Assembly: GCF_006345805.1 (NCBI RefSeq)
Contig: NC_043001.1
Coordinates: 104,904,001 to 104,968,000, forward strand
From: Octopus sinensis
Lineage: Eukaryota
Reading direction: 5' to 3'
Length of the DNA stretch: 64,000 nucleotides
The translations under genes and the position numbers were made by a program. This document shows positions 13,228 to 26,520 of this stretch, piece by piece (the first letter of the stretch is position 1; every line of letters starts with the position of its first letter). The notes beneath the pieces are model-generated. The model searched no databases, was not told the DNA's origin, and saw only the letters and a list, made by a program, of their open reading frames with translations.

Positions 13228-14600
13228 TGAGTTGACGCAGGTTTGATTTTATTCCTAATAGAATTCATGTGGGTAGCTTGCTGCTACCTACAAACTCAGG
13301 TATCTACAATCTGTTAATAGTCTTTCAACTGTTTAAACCCCCACCTGATAATCTTTCTGGTCCCTAAAAGGTAATCTTTCTGTAGAAGCTCCACGGGGAA
13401 TTTCATTTCAATCTCCTTCAACTTCTTGTCGATATCTTTGCTTACAGTTCCTAATTTTCATCTTCTAAATTCTTGCATTTTCAAATTTTAAGGGATTGTA
13501 GTCATTCTTGTTTTTCTTGTTTTTCGTCTTCTTTCTTTATGATCCTGGAATCGAACGGACATGATGGATAAATTAGTAGACAACTTCGCTTGTTCTTGTC
13601 TATCTTTGTATTGTCTGGCCTATTAATTTCTAGTTTCTTCTCCGTTTGAATAGGAAAGTCCCACAGAATATTACAATTCTCCGACTCCAGCCCTCTTTCG
13701 AACTGATATTCATACCATGTATCTCCAGCTTCAAATCCCCATTTCTGGCACAGCTTCTTGTGCTATCATTTCTTATATTCTTCCAGGGCCAACTTGGTAT
13801 ATTCTGCCACAATATCTGCCTTGTGTCTCCTCCAAAGTCCAGAGATTCTACATTTTTTTTTTACATATTCTCCCCATATACATTTCCCGTCAAGTTCATT
13901 CTTTTTATTATTTGATCCTGGACTGCCACAATTAGGCTCTCATCTTTTTTTTCTTCTGTTTTTTTTAATAGCTCTCTATGTAACCAAGCCCAAGATTCTG
14001 TTTCACATACTTTTACAGTGGCTTTCCAAAACTGGTCATTCAGAGGTTTCCCTTCGATCTCTCTGGCGTGCTCTCTTTGTATTTCATTCTGATCTTTTCT
14101 CCTATTAAGCGCTTCATAACCTCTTCTTTATTAACTGTCTTCAGTAGTTTATTTCTGTGTTGCTCTGTAAAAACTCTTCTAGTTTTTTTTCTTTCTATCT
14201 GTACACATTCTGTTACAGCTATTAAGCGTCTTCCACCCTGATCTCTCCTCAAGTACAGCCATTTGATATTAGCTTTTGTATGGTGGGCTCCATACATCGC
14301 CAACAACTTCCTAGTTTCCCTGTCAAGTTTCTTTATATCCTTTCTGGTCCAGTCTATAATAGACTACTGCTCTTGAATTTATTGCTTCAATACGATTTTT
14401 GGAATTCATCTTTGACTGCAATAATATTCTTACCCTCCTTTTGTACTCCCCTCTAGTAATCTGTTTCGTTTCTTCATTATTTACCACGTCTGCTTCTAGT
14501 ATTCCCAACTACTTATATGACTGTCCTTTCTCAACCGCTCTCATTGTTTGCCATTTGGCTTCCTTCAAATCTTCTTCATTTCATTTACAACATGGCGCAT
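13225..14600 (-). mobile_element. R4/Dong-like RLE LINE (family B), 5'-truncated and frameshifted
   Basis: HTKANIKWLYLRRDQGGRRLI (similar to DRLYLPRxxGGRGL) and INSRAV; the RLE region includes frameshifted LWDFPIQT; (GAT)n/(AAT)n tail. Confidence 0.85.
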
Positions 14601-14679
14601 TTTTCGATTTGAAATTCTATACTTACATCATTTAAGATGCTGTTTCTCATTTTTTGCGTAAATTCTTTCTTTTTCTTCT

Positions 14680-14777
14680 CCTTTTTCTCCTTCATCTCTT
14701 TCTCCTCCTCCTCCTCCTCCTTCTTCTTCATATTATTATTAGTATTAGTAGTAGTATCATCATCATCATCATCATCG

Positions 14778-14843
<66 letters not shown>

Positions 14844-14845
14844 TT
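14680..14845. repeat. Compound (CTC)/(ATT)/(CAT)/(TAG)n microsatellite
   Basis: Directly visible. Confidence 0.95.
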
Positions 14846-15895
14846 TTAAATGAGCACGAGTCATCAGATTATTTTCCAAAAGGAAATCTTAAGAAAGTGC
14901 CCTCTTAGTTCTAGTTGCCGGAGCAGACAGAATGTTTTTTTTAAGGGTTTATTTAATTTTAAAAGTTAGTGCTGATTTTGAAATATTTAAAATGATTTCT
15001 TCAACGTCTAGAGCATACGATAACAATATATGTATATAAAAAGAAAAAAAATGAATATAGTCCCTCTGACACGCTCGCGGTTACGGCTTTTACAAACTCT
15101 AGATGTGAAAAAGAAAAAAAAATGACGAAGGAGGAAAATGTGGACCTTAAAAAAAATGAAACAGAATTATAAGATTCCACGCCGTCGTCGTCATTTCGTA
15201 AAATACAAAGTAAAATAGAAACAGATTAAGTTTGCAATGTAGCCATTTACAGTGACGATAATCACACTTTATCCCCCACAAAACATTCACACAGCAGACA
15301 ATAATAATGTTGCTGGTGTATGATATTTAGAATATGACATGTTTTCTGATAAACGATCTCGGAAATTGGGAGAATTAAAGCGCGAAAATAATTTTTGCTT
15401 CTATGCCTATTATCTTCAAAGAATGAGTATGGAGGAAAATATCATATGCTGTCTATTAAAATTTAATGGACTTTCAGTTTAGTATGGCCATAAAAGAACC
15501 ATTAGCGCTCTCTCTCTCTCTCTGGCGAGGGCATTTGGCTTAGATGGACCAAGGTAGGGCGTTACAGGCTTTTGTATCTCGCCTTTGAAATCGAAGTTGA
15601 TGAAAAGACGGTCGGTCAAGTTAGTGCAACACTTACGTGCCGGCAGAATCGTGTTTTGATGTGCGGTGAAGCGTAATACAAGGGTGACGGCGTTCACTTT
15701 CAACTTCTGATAAAATTGAAGGTAAGTGCTGTGTTAAGTGGTCGGAAAGGGTTTCCCGTGGACTAAATGTCCTTATAATTCCAGTGCTATATTCGTTGTG
15801 GATACAAAGAAGAGGGCGAAATTTTCCTACGATTTCTAAGCGGTTGCAGAGTGAGCGACCACATACAGGCTCCCTCGTTGGTTCACTGTTTGTGC

Positions 15896-15946
<51 letters not shown>

Positions 15947-15958
15947 GTAAACCGTATG

Positions 15959-15998
<40 letters not shown>

Positions 15999-16108
15999 GT
16001 ATATATATGTATGTATGTGATTGTATGTATATATATATAAGTACACAGACACACACAGACACACACACTTATATATACACATCAATACATACACTATATA
16101 ATATACAT

Positions 16109-16164
<56 letters not shown>

Positions 16165-16168
16165 CATA

Positions 16169-16240
<72 letters not shown>

Positions 16241-16439
16241 CATACATGCGTACGCATACATGTACTTATGTTTTTATTGATAATCGGCAGAAGTTACAGA
16301 GTGACTCTTGAGTTTTATCAACGCACGTAACTCCCGGTCCTCGAGCCACCATACATTAAATTCTAGGGATTATTAATAACGTGTGTATAGGTTTGGTGAT
16401 GCAAAATTATATATTCATCTACGTGTGTCTATGCGTGTG

Positions 16440-16625
16440 TCTGTGAGTGTGTTTGTCCCTCTACCAACCGGTGTTGGTGCGTTTACTTCCTCTTAACTCA
16501 GCGGTTCGGCAAAAGATTAATTACTCGGCCTAAATCAATAAGTCCGGGTTTCGATTCATTCGACTAAAAAGCTTCAAGGCGGTGCCCCCAGCATGGCCGC
16601 AGTCTAATGACAGACAGTAGGGAAT
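16440..16625 (+). mobile_element. SINE family A, 3' half
   Basis: gcggttcggcaaaag...aaggcggtgccccagcatggccgcagtc. Confidence 0.8.
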
Positions 16626-17463
16626 AGATTAATGGTGAATGGTAAAGTAAATTAAAAAATTAAAAAAAAAAGGAATTTCTTTTGAGACAGAAACCAATAA
16701 ATAAAATGAACATTAAATGGATTCATTTTGAAATGGTAAAGAGTCTGAATTCGTTAGTTAGAAACCTCTAGCAATTAATTAGCGTTGGTCGAGATCCTTT
16801 AAGTTGAGAGTGGCCTAGAATTATATCCTGAAGTGTGAAAGTTCTTATGACGATGTTTGCAGGTAATATGCCATGGAGGAGTCGATTCCTGGTCGTTATT
16901 AGCAACTGTCAAAATTGTGAAGATTAATAAAACCAGATGGGAATGGGAAAACAGAAACATAGCGATGTGTGAAATATTTAATTGATTGCTGGGAAAATTC
17001 AATTGAAAGCTGATGCTGAGCAGAAAGATAAAGGATTAACGAAAGGCGGCGAAAGATGAAAGAAACAGAAATACCAATGCACACGCACGCGCATTCTATT
17101 TCCCTCCCTTTCTTTCTCTCACTTGCTATCTCTCTCTCTCTATATATATATATATATCCCTCTCTCTCTCTCTCTTGTTCTCTTTCTCTCTCATGCAGAG
17201 GCATAAAGGAAGAAATCATTCCCAAACACATAAGCGTGTCACACAGAATAGCAATCAAACGCAGACGGATAGATACCGGCATTTTGACTTCATTACATCG
17301 GGATTACAACACTGGTTTATTTTACTGGAAAAAGATAATAGATACTTGATTATCTTGGCGCAAATCTTAAGACTTATTCCAAGAAATAAGCTGTAGATCC
17401 AATGGCACTTCCAAACTTCAAGACATTATATCGGGTATGTGCAAATGCATATGTGTTCCAGGA

Positions 17464-17498
<35 letters not shown>

Positions 17499-17659
17499 TT
17501 ATTGGCGTCATATCGCCGGAGCTCTTCTCTCCACTGTATGTCATTATCATTTATTTAATCTGGTCAGCTTCACCTTTTCTGCAAACTCTCTCTCTCTGTT
17601 TACCTCAGTTGCTTTGCACAGTAAATATTCAGTAATATTTATCTTCAGCTTGAAGTAAT

Positions 17660-18412
17660 GCGGCAAGCTGGCAGAATCATTACCGCGCCGGAGAAAATAA
17701 TTCTTCACAACATTTCTCCTGGCTTCACGTTCTGAGTTCGAATTCCACTGAGGTCGACTTTGTTTTCCATCTTTTCGATGTCAATGAAATAAATACTACC
17801 ATCAATGAAATCGATAAACTCTCCCCCACCCCCGCCACCCAAATTTTCTGTCTTGCGAATTGTTCGAAGTTGTCTCTTTTCTTTAATTTTGGTGTAATTA
17901 CTAGTCTTTCCCGAAGTTCATTATTCTTCAGTTTGGGTAATAATGGTTTCAAATTTTGGCAGAGTGCCAGTAGTTTTTGAGGGGAGGGACTGTTATTTAT
18001 TCTATTGACTCCGAAGGAATGAAAAGCAAAGTCGACCTCAGTGGAATTTGTTCTCAGAGCTTAAAGACGGACGAAATGCTACCAAGCATTTTGACCGTCA
18101 TGCAAACGATTCTGCCACCACGCCGCCTTAATTTGGGTAATAATAATAATGATTTCAAATTATTACCACAAGGCAAAAGTCGATTACATCGATCCCAGTG
18201 CATAATTGGTACTTGTTTAATCGACCACGAATGGTTAAAAGGCATAGTTGCCTTTCATCCTTTCGGGGTCGATTAGATAAGTAGCAGTTACGCCCTGTGG
18301 TCGATTAGATAAGTAGCAGTTACGCCCTGTGGTCGATATAATCGACTTAATCCGTTTGTCTGTCCTTGTTTGTCCTCTCTGTGTTTAGCCCCTTGTGGGT
18401 AGTAAAGAAATG
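17660..18412. mobile_element. Cluster of SINE family B copies in both orientations
   Basis: Plus copy at 17660-17790, minus copy at 17935-18130, partial minus copy at 18150-18240, plus copy at 18245-18412 with an internal 32-bp tandem duplication. Confidence 0.8.
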
Positions 18413-19197
18413 GGTGAGCGTCATAAATGAACATGCATCATACTTTGATTAAATGAATCAGTTCTCTAACACATCTGAAACATTTTAATGTTACCTTTCA
18501 AATACGACATTCCATGAGAAACAACCGAATATAATGAACCCGAACACTTCCTTATGTAAAACAACACACCACAACATTCAGCAATGAATCATGCTTCACA
18601 AGAGATTATTAACTCCATACAATATTACAACCGTTTTCATCGTGGGGGAGAGAGAGAGAGAGAGAGAAAGAGACTTGCTTGGACGACGTTCTCTCAATGT
18701 TCATTCAACCGTGTCCAATAACCAACATAATTAACCTGGCAAACTCGCACGAACCGTAGAGAATGCTTAGCCTATTCAAGCTTTACATTTGTGAGAATAT
18801 ATAAAACAATACATGTGTGTGTGTGTATGTGCATGCATGCGTGTGTGTGCTTGTTTGTTTGCATGCACTTGTGTGTACATATATGTGTATGCATATATAT
18901 ATAAAGTTAATCCAAACAAGAAAACACAAAAAAAAAACACAACGAAGCGAGGACGTGGAACAAATATAGTATTATTGGACACTCAGGAAAGAAGGGTGGA
19001 TTAAACAAGTACCAATTATGCACTGGGATCGATGTAATCGACTTTTGCCTTGTGGTAATAATTTGAAATCATTATTATTATTATTATTAACGTTTCGAGC
19101 GGAGCTCTTCGTCGGAAACATAGGAGAAGGAAAGATCCAGAGAAGGGAAGACAGAGGGAAAAAAATCGCCAACGGTACACACGAGGTCACATATACG

Positions 19198-19419
19198 TTC
19201 TTTTATTCTTCTATTTGTTTCAGTCATTTGATTGCGGCTATGCTGGAGCATCGCCTTCTGACAAGCAAATCTACCCCAAGACTTACTCTTTGTAAGCGTG
19301 ATACTTATTCTATCGGTCTCTTTTGCCGGACCACTAAGTTACAGGGACGTAAACACACCAGCATAGGTTGTCAAGCTATGTTGTGAAACAAATACACACA
19401 CACACAAATATATATATAT

Positions 19420-19472
<53 letters not shown>

Positions 19473-19900
19473 GACGGGTTCTTTCGGTTTCCGTCTACCA
19501 AATCCACTCACAAAGCTTTAGTCTGCCCGAGGCTATATTAGAAGACACTTGCCCAAGGTTCCACGCAGTGGAACTGAACCCGGAACCATATGGTTGGCAA
19601 GCAAGCTACTTAACACACAGCCACATATATATTCCTTTACTTATTCAGTCAGTTTGACTGTGGCCATGCTGGGGCATCGCCATGAGTTCGGCCATACTGG
19701 GGCACTGCCTTGAAGACTTTTTAGTCGAATGAATCGACCCCAGTCCTTATTTTCGTTTTCATTGAAACCTAACATTTATTCTCCCCGTCTCATTTGCCGA
19801 AACGTTAATTTACGAGGACGTAAACAAACCTGCACCGATGGTCAACCAGTGGCGAGGGACAAACAAAGGCACACTCACACACACATATATTTCGCAAATG
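19198..19900 (-). mobile_element. Two SINE family A copies (full length 19198-19625; 3' half 19636-19900)
   Basis: gtttcagtcatttgattgcggctatgctggagcatcgcc...gcaagctacttaacacacagccac. Confidence 0.88.
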
Positions 19901-20669
19901 GCCACACCCCTACAACGTTGTCATAATTTGCATCATAAACATTAAACTGTCTCCTGCTACCTAGAAAATAATAAACTTCTGGTCAGTCCGTGACCATCCA
20001 CAACTCTACTACAACTGCTATTTAGTTGCCCCCAATAGATACGTACCAGAGAGAAAGTAAAAATCGCCCATTGGACGACAGCCCATAATTTGTTCAACAC
20101 ACATTATCTTCTACGCTCGCTTCTTCTGAATTTACAACTACGTACAGATATTTTTCCTCTTTTGTAGCCATTTTCCTATTATATCCTGATTGGTCTGCTT
20201 CTTATATCGACACTACTATCTATAAGCACTCTAAAAGAGCTTTAAACGCTTTCATCATTCGTCTTCATATTTCATTTGCAGAACTTTGGTTTCCTGGAAT
20301 TCTCGCAATATTAAATATTACCCTGAAAGATTCCTCAAACTGACTCTCAGGCTAAACATCAGCAGCAGATATCAGAAGATTCTCTTGCAAATGTGATGAG
20401 CATTCCCCGCCTCTTCTGGCGGTATACTAGTCCTGATTTCTTTATAAAAACTCTGCCAACTATTGTCAGTTTTCGTTAGTTTAGCAACCAAAACTGTACG
20501 TGACAAACTGTAATGGGATAGATTAGTATGAAAGGGGACTGGCATCAACATTTTTCTGGTAAACAAACAAAGATATTGGTGCGAGTACGCATGTGTGTGC
20601 ATGTATTTGTGTGTGTGTCTTTCTGGAATAACAAACGAGAGCCGCCATAATGCTTTTTTCATGGCGTGG

Positions 20670-20965
20670 CTTTCCGTTGGTTTTAACGACGGGTATTCCA
20701 GTCAGTCCAATCAACAGAACAGCCTGCTCATTAAATTAACGTGAAAGTGGCTGAGAGCTCCGCTGACATGTGTGCCTTTAATGTAGTTCACAAGGAGATT
20801 CAGCGAGCAGAATATGTGACAAGGCTGGCCCAGTGAATTACAGGTAAAGCTTATTTTGCCAGTTGAATGGGTTGCTCCACTGAGCAAATTAAGTGTCTTG
20901 TTGAAGGTCGCAATGCGTTGTAGGGAATCGAACTCACCACCAAGATGGTGAGCCGAATATCCTGA
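20670..20965 (-). mobile_element. SINE family C, degenerate
   Basis: gaacagcctgctc..gtggctgag and aagtgtcttgttgaagg..ggaatcgaactc; reverse of 39175-39440. Confidence 0.6.
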
Positions 20966-21393
20966 TCACTAACTTATACAGTTAATTTGATTAGAAGACA
21001 ACTAATACTTATGAGGCTATATGGGAATTTGCACATTTCGTAAAATAAACAATGGAAGAACTGGTGACGAAATTATGATTCTTAGAATCTATATTTTTAG
21101 TAGAGGTGGATTTTAACACCAACCCATATTACTTTCATAAATGTTTCATCACGTGAAGTTTATTTTGGGGGACAAAGAAGCTAAGTTACATGAAATATGA
21201 AGGGAAAAGCTAAGCAAGAGATGCACCCAAATGTATAAAGGTAGGATCTCACTTATGCACAAAGACGTTTCACTTCATAAAAAATGTTTTTTTTAATGTT
21301 TTGTATTTATATCCACATCTCTGCATGCATTTACTTCAGGAATCTCTACAGTTATACGAATGCGTTTCCGTTTTTTATTTTGGGCGGGTTGTT

Positions 21394-21428
<35 letters not shown>

Positions 21429-21441
21429 TGTGTGTGTGTGT

Positions 21442-21472
<31 letters not shown>

Positions 21473-21529
21473 CATGAATCTATATACCTGTATAAATATA
21501 TATGTTTGTACCTGTCTTTCCTTCTCACT

Positions 21530-21610
<81 letters not shown>

Positions 21611-21988
21611 CAAACAAACATACATACGTACATACATATAATATTCATATCTCACTAGATGGAGTACTGCTTATGTTGAATTTTTTATAACGGATGAATA
21701 CATTATATATATATGCATGTGTATATATACATATATATATATGCATATGTATATATACATATATATATGTATGCATATATATATAAAATACATGTATATA
21801 AATATATATATACATATGTATAAATGTATATATATATAAATATATATACAAGTATATATATATACATACAAACATGCATACTTATGCGTATTATATATAT
21901 ATATATATACATACAATATATATATATATATACATACAATATATATATATATATATATATATATGCGCACACATTCATACATGCATCC

Positions 21989-22057
<69 letters not shown>

Positions 22058-22188
22058 TATCCATATATACATATATATATATGCATATATATATACATAC
22101 ATACTTACATACATATATATACATACTTACAAGGATATATATACATATATATATATGCTCAAACACATACATGCATATATATATATAT

Positions 22189-22240
<52 letters not shown>

Positions 22241-23124
22241 CCATACTTCCTCCCCACATATTCGAAAAATATTCAAAGTGTGAATCAGATGTACTGAAAT
22301 ATTTCGGGTAGTGTTCAAATCAATAACGGCGACAATAATGAGGTGCGTATAAGTTGCATTAAAAAGGTGGTGGGGGGAAGTGTTGTATAGAAGTGATAAC
22401 TCAGGAGCAAGTGAAGTAATGCGCTTTTATATATGGATATTATCATGCGTTATTCTTTTATCAGCTTCTTTTATTACATCCATATTGGTGATAACAGCTT
22501 TTACGTTTCCTCTGTAGATACTACGAGTTTGTTTATATTTTATGGTTTCGTTTCTTTACCGTTTTTATTTTCATTTGCTTTTACACTCATGATTATCGAA
22601 CTCTGTCCATCTGTGAAGAAAGAAAATTAAAAAAAATATTCCTAACAACAACAAAGGAACTATAAAAAAAAATGTAGGAGATGAAATATTGGTGACATGA
22701 ACATTTCTTGATATGATAACTTTGCTGTCATATTTTAGAAGAGCGGTAGATTTTTTTTTGTGTGTGTATATGTGTTTTGAAAAATATGACAAAGATAAAT
22801 CCGAAAAAGAGGGACAAAAAAAGAAACCAAAAACGAGCGGAATTAATAAAGTTATTTGCAAAAATTAAAAAATTTTAGCTACATGGTGTGGCGGAGCAAT
22901 AATGAAACGAAAAGATGTACATGATAATCATGAAAGATGCATCAAACAGCTCGTCGTTGTTTACTGGCAAGATATTTATTTTTTTGTGCATAGATAAATA
23001 CAGAGACACTAACATATATATATATACATGCATACATACACACACACACATATATATATATATGTTTCCTCCCTCTTTCTCCTTTCTCTCTCTCTCTCTC
23101 TCTCTCTGTCTTTCTCTGTATACA

Positions 23125-23194
<70 letters not shown>

Positions 23195-23396
23195 CATGTA
23201 TATATATACGTGTATATATATATATATATATATGTGTATTTATATATATACAAATATTTATGTATATATATATAGAGAGAGTTTATATATATATCTGTTG
23301 GTATGTATATACATATATGTTTGTGTGTGTATACACATACACATTTATATATATGCACATACTCATATATATATATGTGTTTGTAAGCATATACGT

Positions 23397-23397
<1 letters not shown>

Positions 23398-23480
<83 letters not shown>
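23398..23480. repeat. (CGTG)n microsatellite
   Basis: About 20 perfect units. Confidence 0.98.
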
Positions 23481-23996
23481 ATACACACACTTATCTATCT
23501 ATTCATCGATCTATTTCCCTATCTACCTACCTATCTATATACATAATATATATATACACTCACAAACGCACATACACACTCTCACTCTCTCTCTCTCTCC
23601 CACACATATAAACGCATACGCATATCTTTCACTACAAGTAGTGATAGGTACGTATGATTCTAGGAAGATAATTCCATGTTGCTCTACACTTTTTTCTAGC
23701 TGTTATTTTTTTCATTCATTTGAATATAACTGTGTCCCCTTTTCGGCATAGTTGTAAGCCCCTGTTAGTTTTCCGTTTAACCCAGAGTGACTATAGGCCG
23801 TAAAAGAATTCTGTCAAACTCGAATGCTTGAAGATAGATATAGATCTTGAAACATAACGTTCTGAGGAGATTGTTTCCTCTGAGGTAAAAATACCCCGAT
23901 TTTCATTATATTGTGTCCCTAAATAATTCGTCATATATTTGTTGAGAATTTTTTGAGAAAACACATCGCTATGATTAAATATGCTGTACGCAGTAT

Positions 23997-24327
23997 ATGC
24001 TGAAAGCCAGGCTGTTGCAACAACTGTTCCTGAAGCGCGATCGCATTACTGGGATCTTTGGCAACAGCCTGGCTTTCAGGATCCCACAGCTTTTTAATAT
24101 TCTCTCAAAGAGTCTAAGGGACCTACAGAAACTGGATGTAGATGTTTTCAAATCAAACCTGGATCTCTTCCTATCGAGAGTTCCAGATGAACTTATCTTG
24201 CGGCAAGAGGTGCAAACGAGGGAAGCGACATTAAACTCTCTTTTTCACTCATCAGAGGAGGCTTTTAATAATAACAGTGTAGCAAAACGGCGGTGCTACA
24301 GCATGGCCACACCACTAAGCTGAAACT
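23997..24327 (+). mobile_element. CR1/L2-group LINE 3' end fragment
   Basis: NSLAFRIPQLFNILSKSLRDLQKLDVDVFKSNLDLFLSRVPDE matches the CR1-like C-terminal motif (NSFxxRGPxLFNxLPxxxR...FKxxLDxFLxxVPD). Ends in ggcggtgctacagcatggcc..ctgaaac. Confidence 0.8.
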
Positions 24328-24394
24328 GATATGTGTGTGTGTGTATGTATGTCTGTGTGTCAATGTGTCTGTGTGTTTTTGTGTATGTGTGTAT

Positions 24395-24800
24395 CTTTTA
24401 CCTTTTACATGTTTCAGTCATTAAAAGTGGCCATACTGGAGCACTGCATTGACGAATTTTTGTCCATCAAATCGGCCCCAGTATTTATGTCTTTTAAAGC
24501 CTGATTCTTATTCTCTCGGTCTCTTTTGTCAAACCACTAATTCGACGCCGGTTGTCAAGCGCCTGTGAGGGACAAACACAGACACAAACACACACACACA
24601 TACACACAAACACACACACACAAACACACACACGCACACACATATATAAATACTAGGAGTTTCTCTCAGTTTCCGTCTTCCAACTCCACTCACAAAGCCT
24701 CGGTCACCTTGAGGCTATAGTAGAAGACACTTGCCCAAAGTGCCACGCAGTAGGACTGAACCTGGAACCATGTGGTTGGGAAGCAGACTTCTCCCCATAC
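24395..24800 (-). mobile_element. SINE family A, full length, diverged
   Basis: Family A tail, core and head motifs in reverse orientation. Confidence 0.85.
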
Positions 24801-25387
24801 AGCCTTGTTTGCGCCTATGTTGAAAAATCAAAATAAAAAAGAAAAACTTAGTCACACCTGGAGTAGAGTTGATCGTATACCTGTTCAATACAGGTTGATC
24901 TAGGTCGTAACAACAACAATTAACACACTTCAGAAAACTGATTTGATACTGTGGAGTATTGTGTTGCTTTACACGTCATGCTTATCGCTCTCAGCTTTAG
25001 ATGCTGACTTGGAAAACGGGAAATTGCGGAAGGCATTTGGCAAATGAAAGAATCTCTATTCATTCAAAAGTCGTCCAATATTGAATACAACTTCCATAAT
25101 CAAATTCCCCAAAGAGCTGAAAGAGATCAATACCCTATTGAATGTGTTTCGAAGTTGGCAAACGTAACGGAAACATGAAGCAGTCATCTCTTGTGGTTAA
25201 GGTCAAATGTCAGAAGTACTGTTTAGCGTTACACACGACAACGTCAGTATAAGAATGGAGCGGGTTTTATATGCAGGTACATTCGCTCAATTTTATGCAG
25301 TAGTAACAATTGGAAGTTGTTAAATTAATGCCTCTATCATTGGTGTTGGTGATATAAACGAAATTCAATAAAGACAATCAACAATCA

Positions 25388-25592
25388 CAGGCGCGGGTGG
25401 GGCTGTGTGGTAAGAAGCTTGCTTACCAACCACATGGTTCCGGGTTCAGTCCTATTGCGTGGCGCCTTAGGCAAGTGTCTTCTACTATATCCTCGGGCCG
25501 ACCGAAGCCTTGTAAGTGGATTTGGAAGACGGAAACTGAAAGAAGGCCGGCCAGATTGTATGTGTGTGTATGCGAGCACGTGTGTATGCGTG

Positions 25593-25623
<31 letters not shown>

Positions 25624-25810
25624 AAGTGTCCCCATCCACCGCTTGACAACCGGTGTTACGTCTATGTAACGTAGTGGTTCGACAAAATAAAACGATAGAA
25701 TAAGTACCAGGCTTTTAAAAAGTGCTGAGATCAATTGTTTCGATTAAAAACTCTTCAAGGCAATGTCCCAGCATGGCCACAGCCTAATGGCTATAACAAG
25801 TAAAAGACAA
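25388..25810 (+). mobile_element. SINE family A, full length
   Basis: ggctgtgtggtaagaagcttgcttaccaaccacatggttccgggttcagtcc...aaggcaatgtcccagcatggccacagcc. Confidence 0.88.
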
Positions 25811-25984
25811 CAGATAGCAGATAAACTGTTCTATTTCTTTTTCTTGTCTTTCACTCGCAATCGTATGTGATTTCGCAGCAGGAAAATTTTGATTTTTTCC
25901 AAATCTGATGAAAACTCTTCGTCATTGATCGTCCTCATGTACCGTACGCCTGCAGAGCATTGGTGTCGCCACAACGAAAGTCTT

Positions 25985-26520
25985 CCTGATTAAGTGCGAG
26001 TTCTCCTGTTACCTTGCCACTTTTGTCTAACTAGTTCCTGATATTGTCCTTTCATTGCATTCTCTGTCTGCCTCATCTTCTGCCTTCTACTCTTTCTTCC
26101 ATAATAATGTTTTCTAAACCTCTGCTTCTTCGAATGCGGCCATAATAGATGACCTTTTGTCTTTTTCACAATGTTCAAGAGTTGTCGTCTTTAACCGCCT
26201 TGTTCTAGCACCCACACGAATAGCCGAGTGTCCTTGTAAGAGACTCATAACGTTCTCCTATAAAAACTCACATTTCAAACACGTTATTCTCTCTCCAAAT
26301 TTGTTCAGAGTCTATGCTTCACAACCATAAATAACCACTGGCCAGATGAGCATGCGCACTAGCCTTACTTTTAATTTAGTTGGGACACGTTTGCTAGTCC
26401 AGATGTTATAAAACTTTTCCATGGATGTTATTACCATCGTCAACAATGCTTCGCTCTTTCATGGCTGGAGGCATTACAGAATATTGTCTGAAGACTTGAT
26501 GTAAAGAAACTTGCTCGAGC
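25985..26520 (-). mobile_element. Degenerate RTE LINE, RT C-terminal fragment
   Basis: Minus strand NIWTSKRVPTKLKVRLVRMLIWPVVIYGCEA*TLNK, plus a frameshifted region resembling GLEKIIMEGRVEGRR. Confidence 0.7.
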
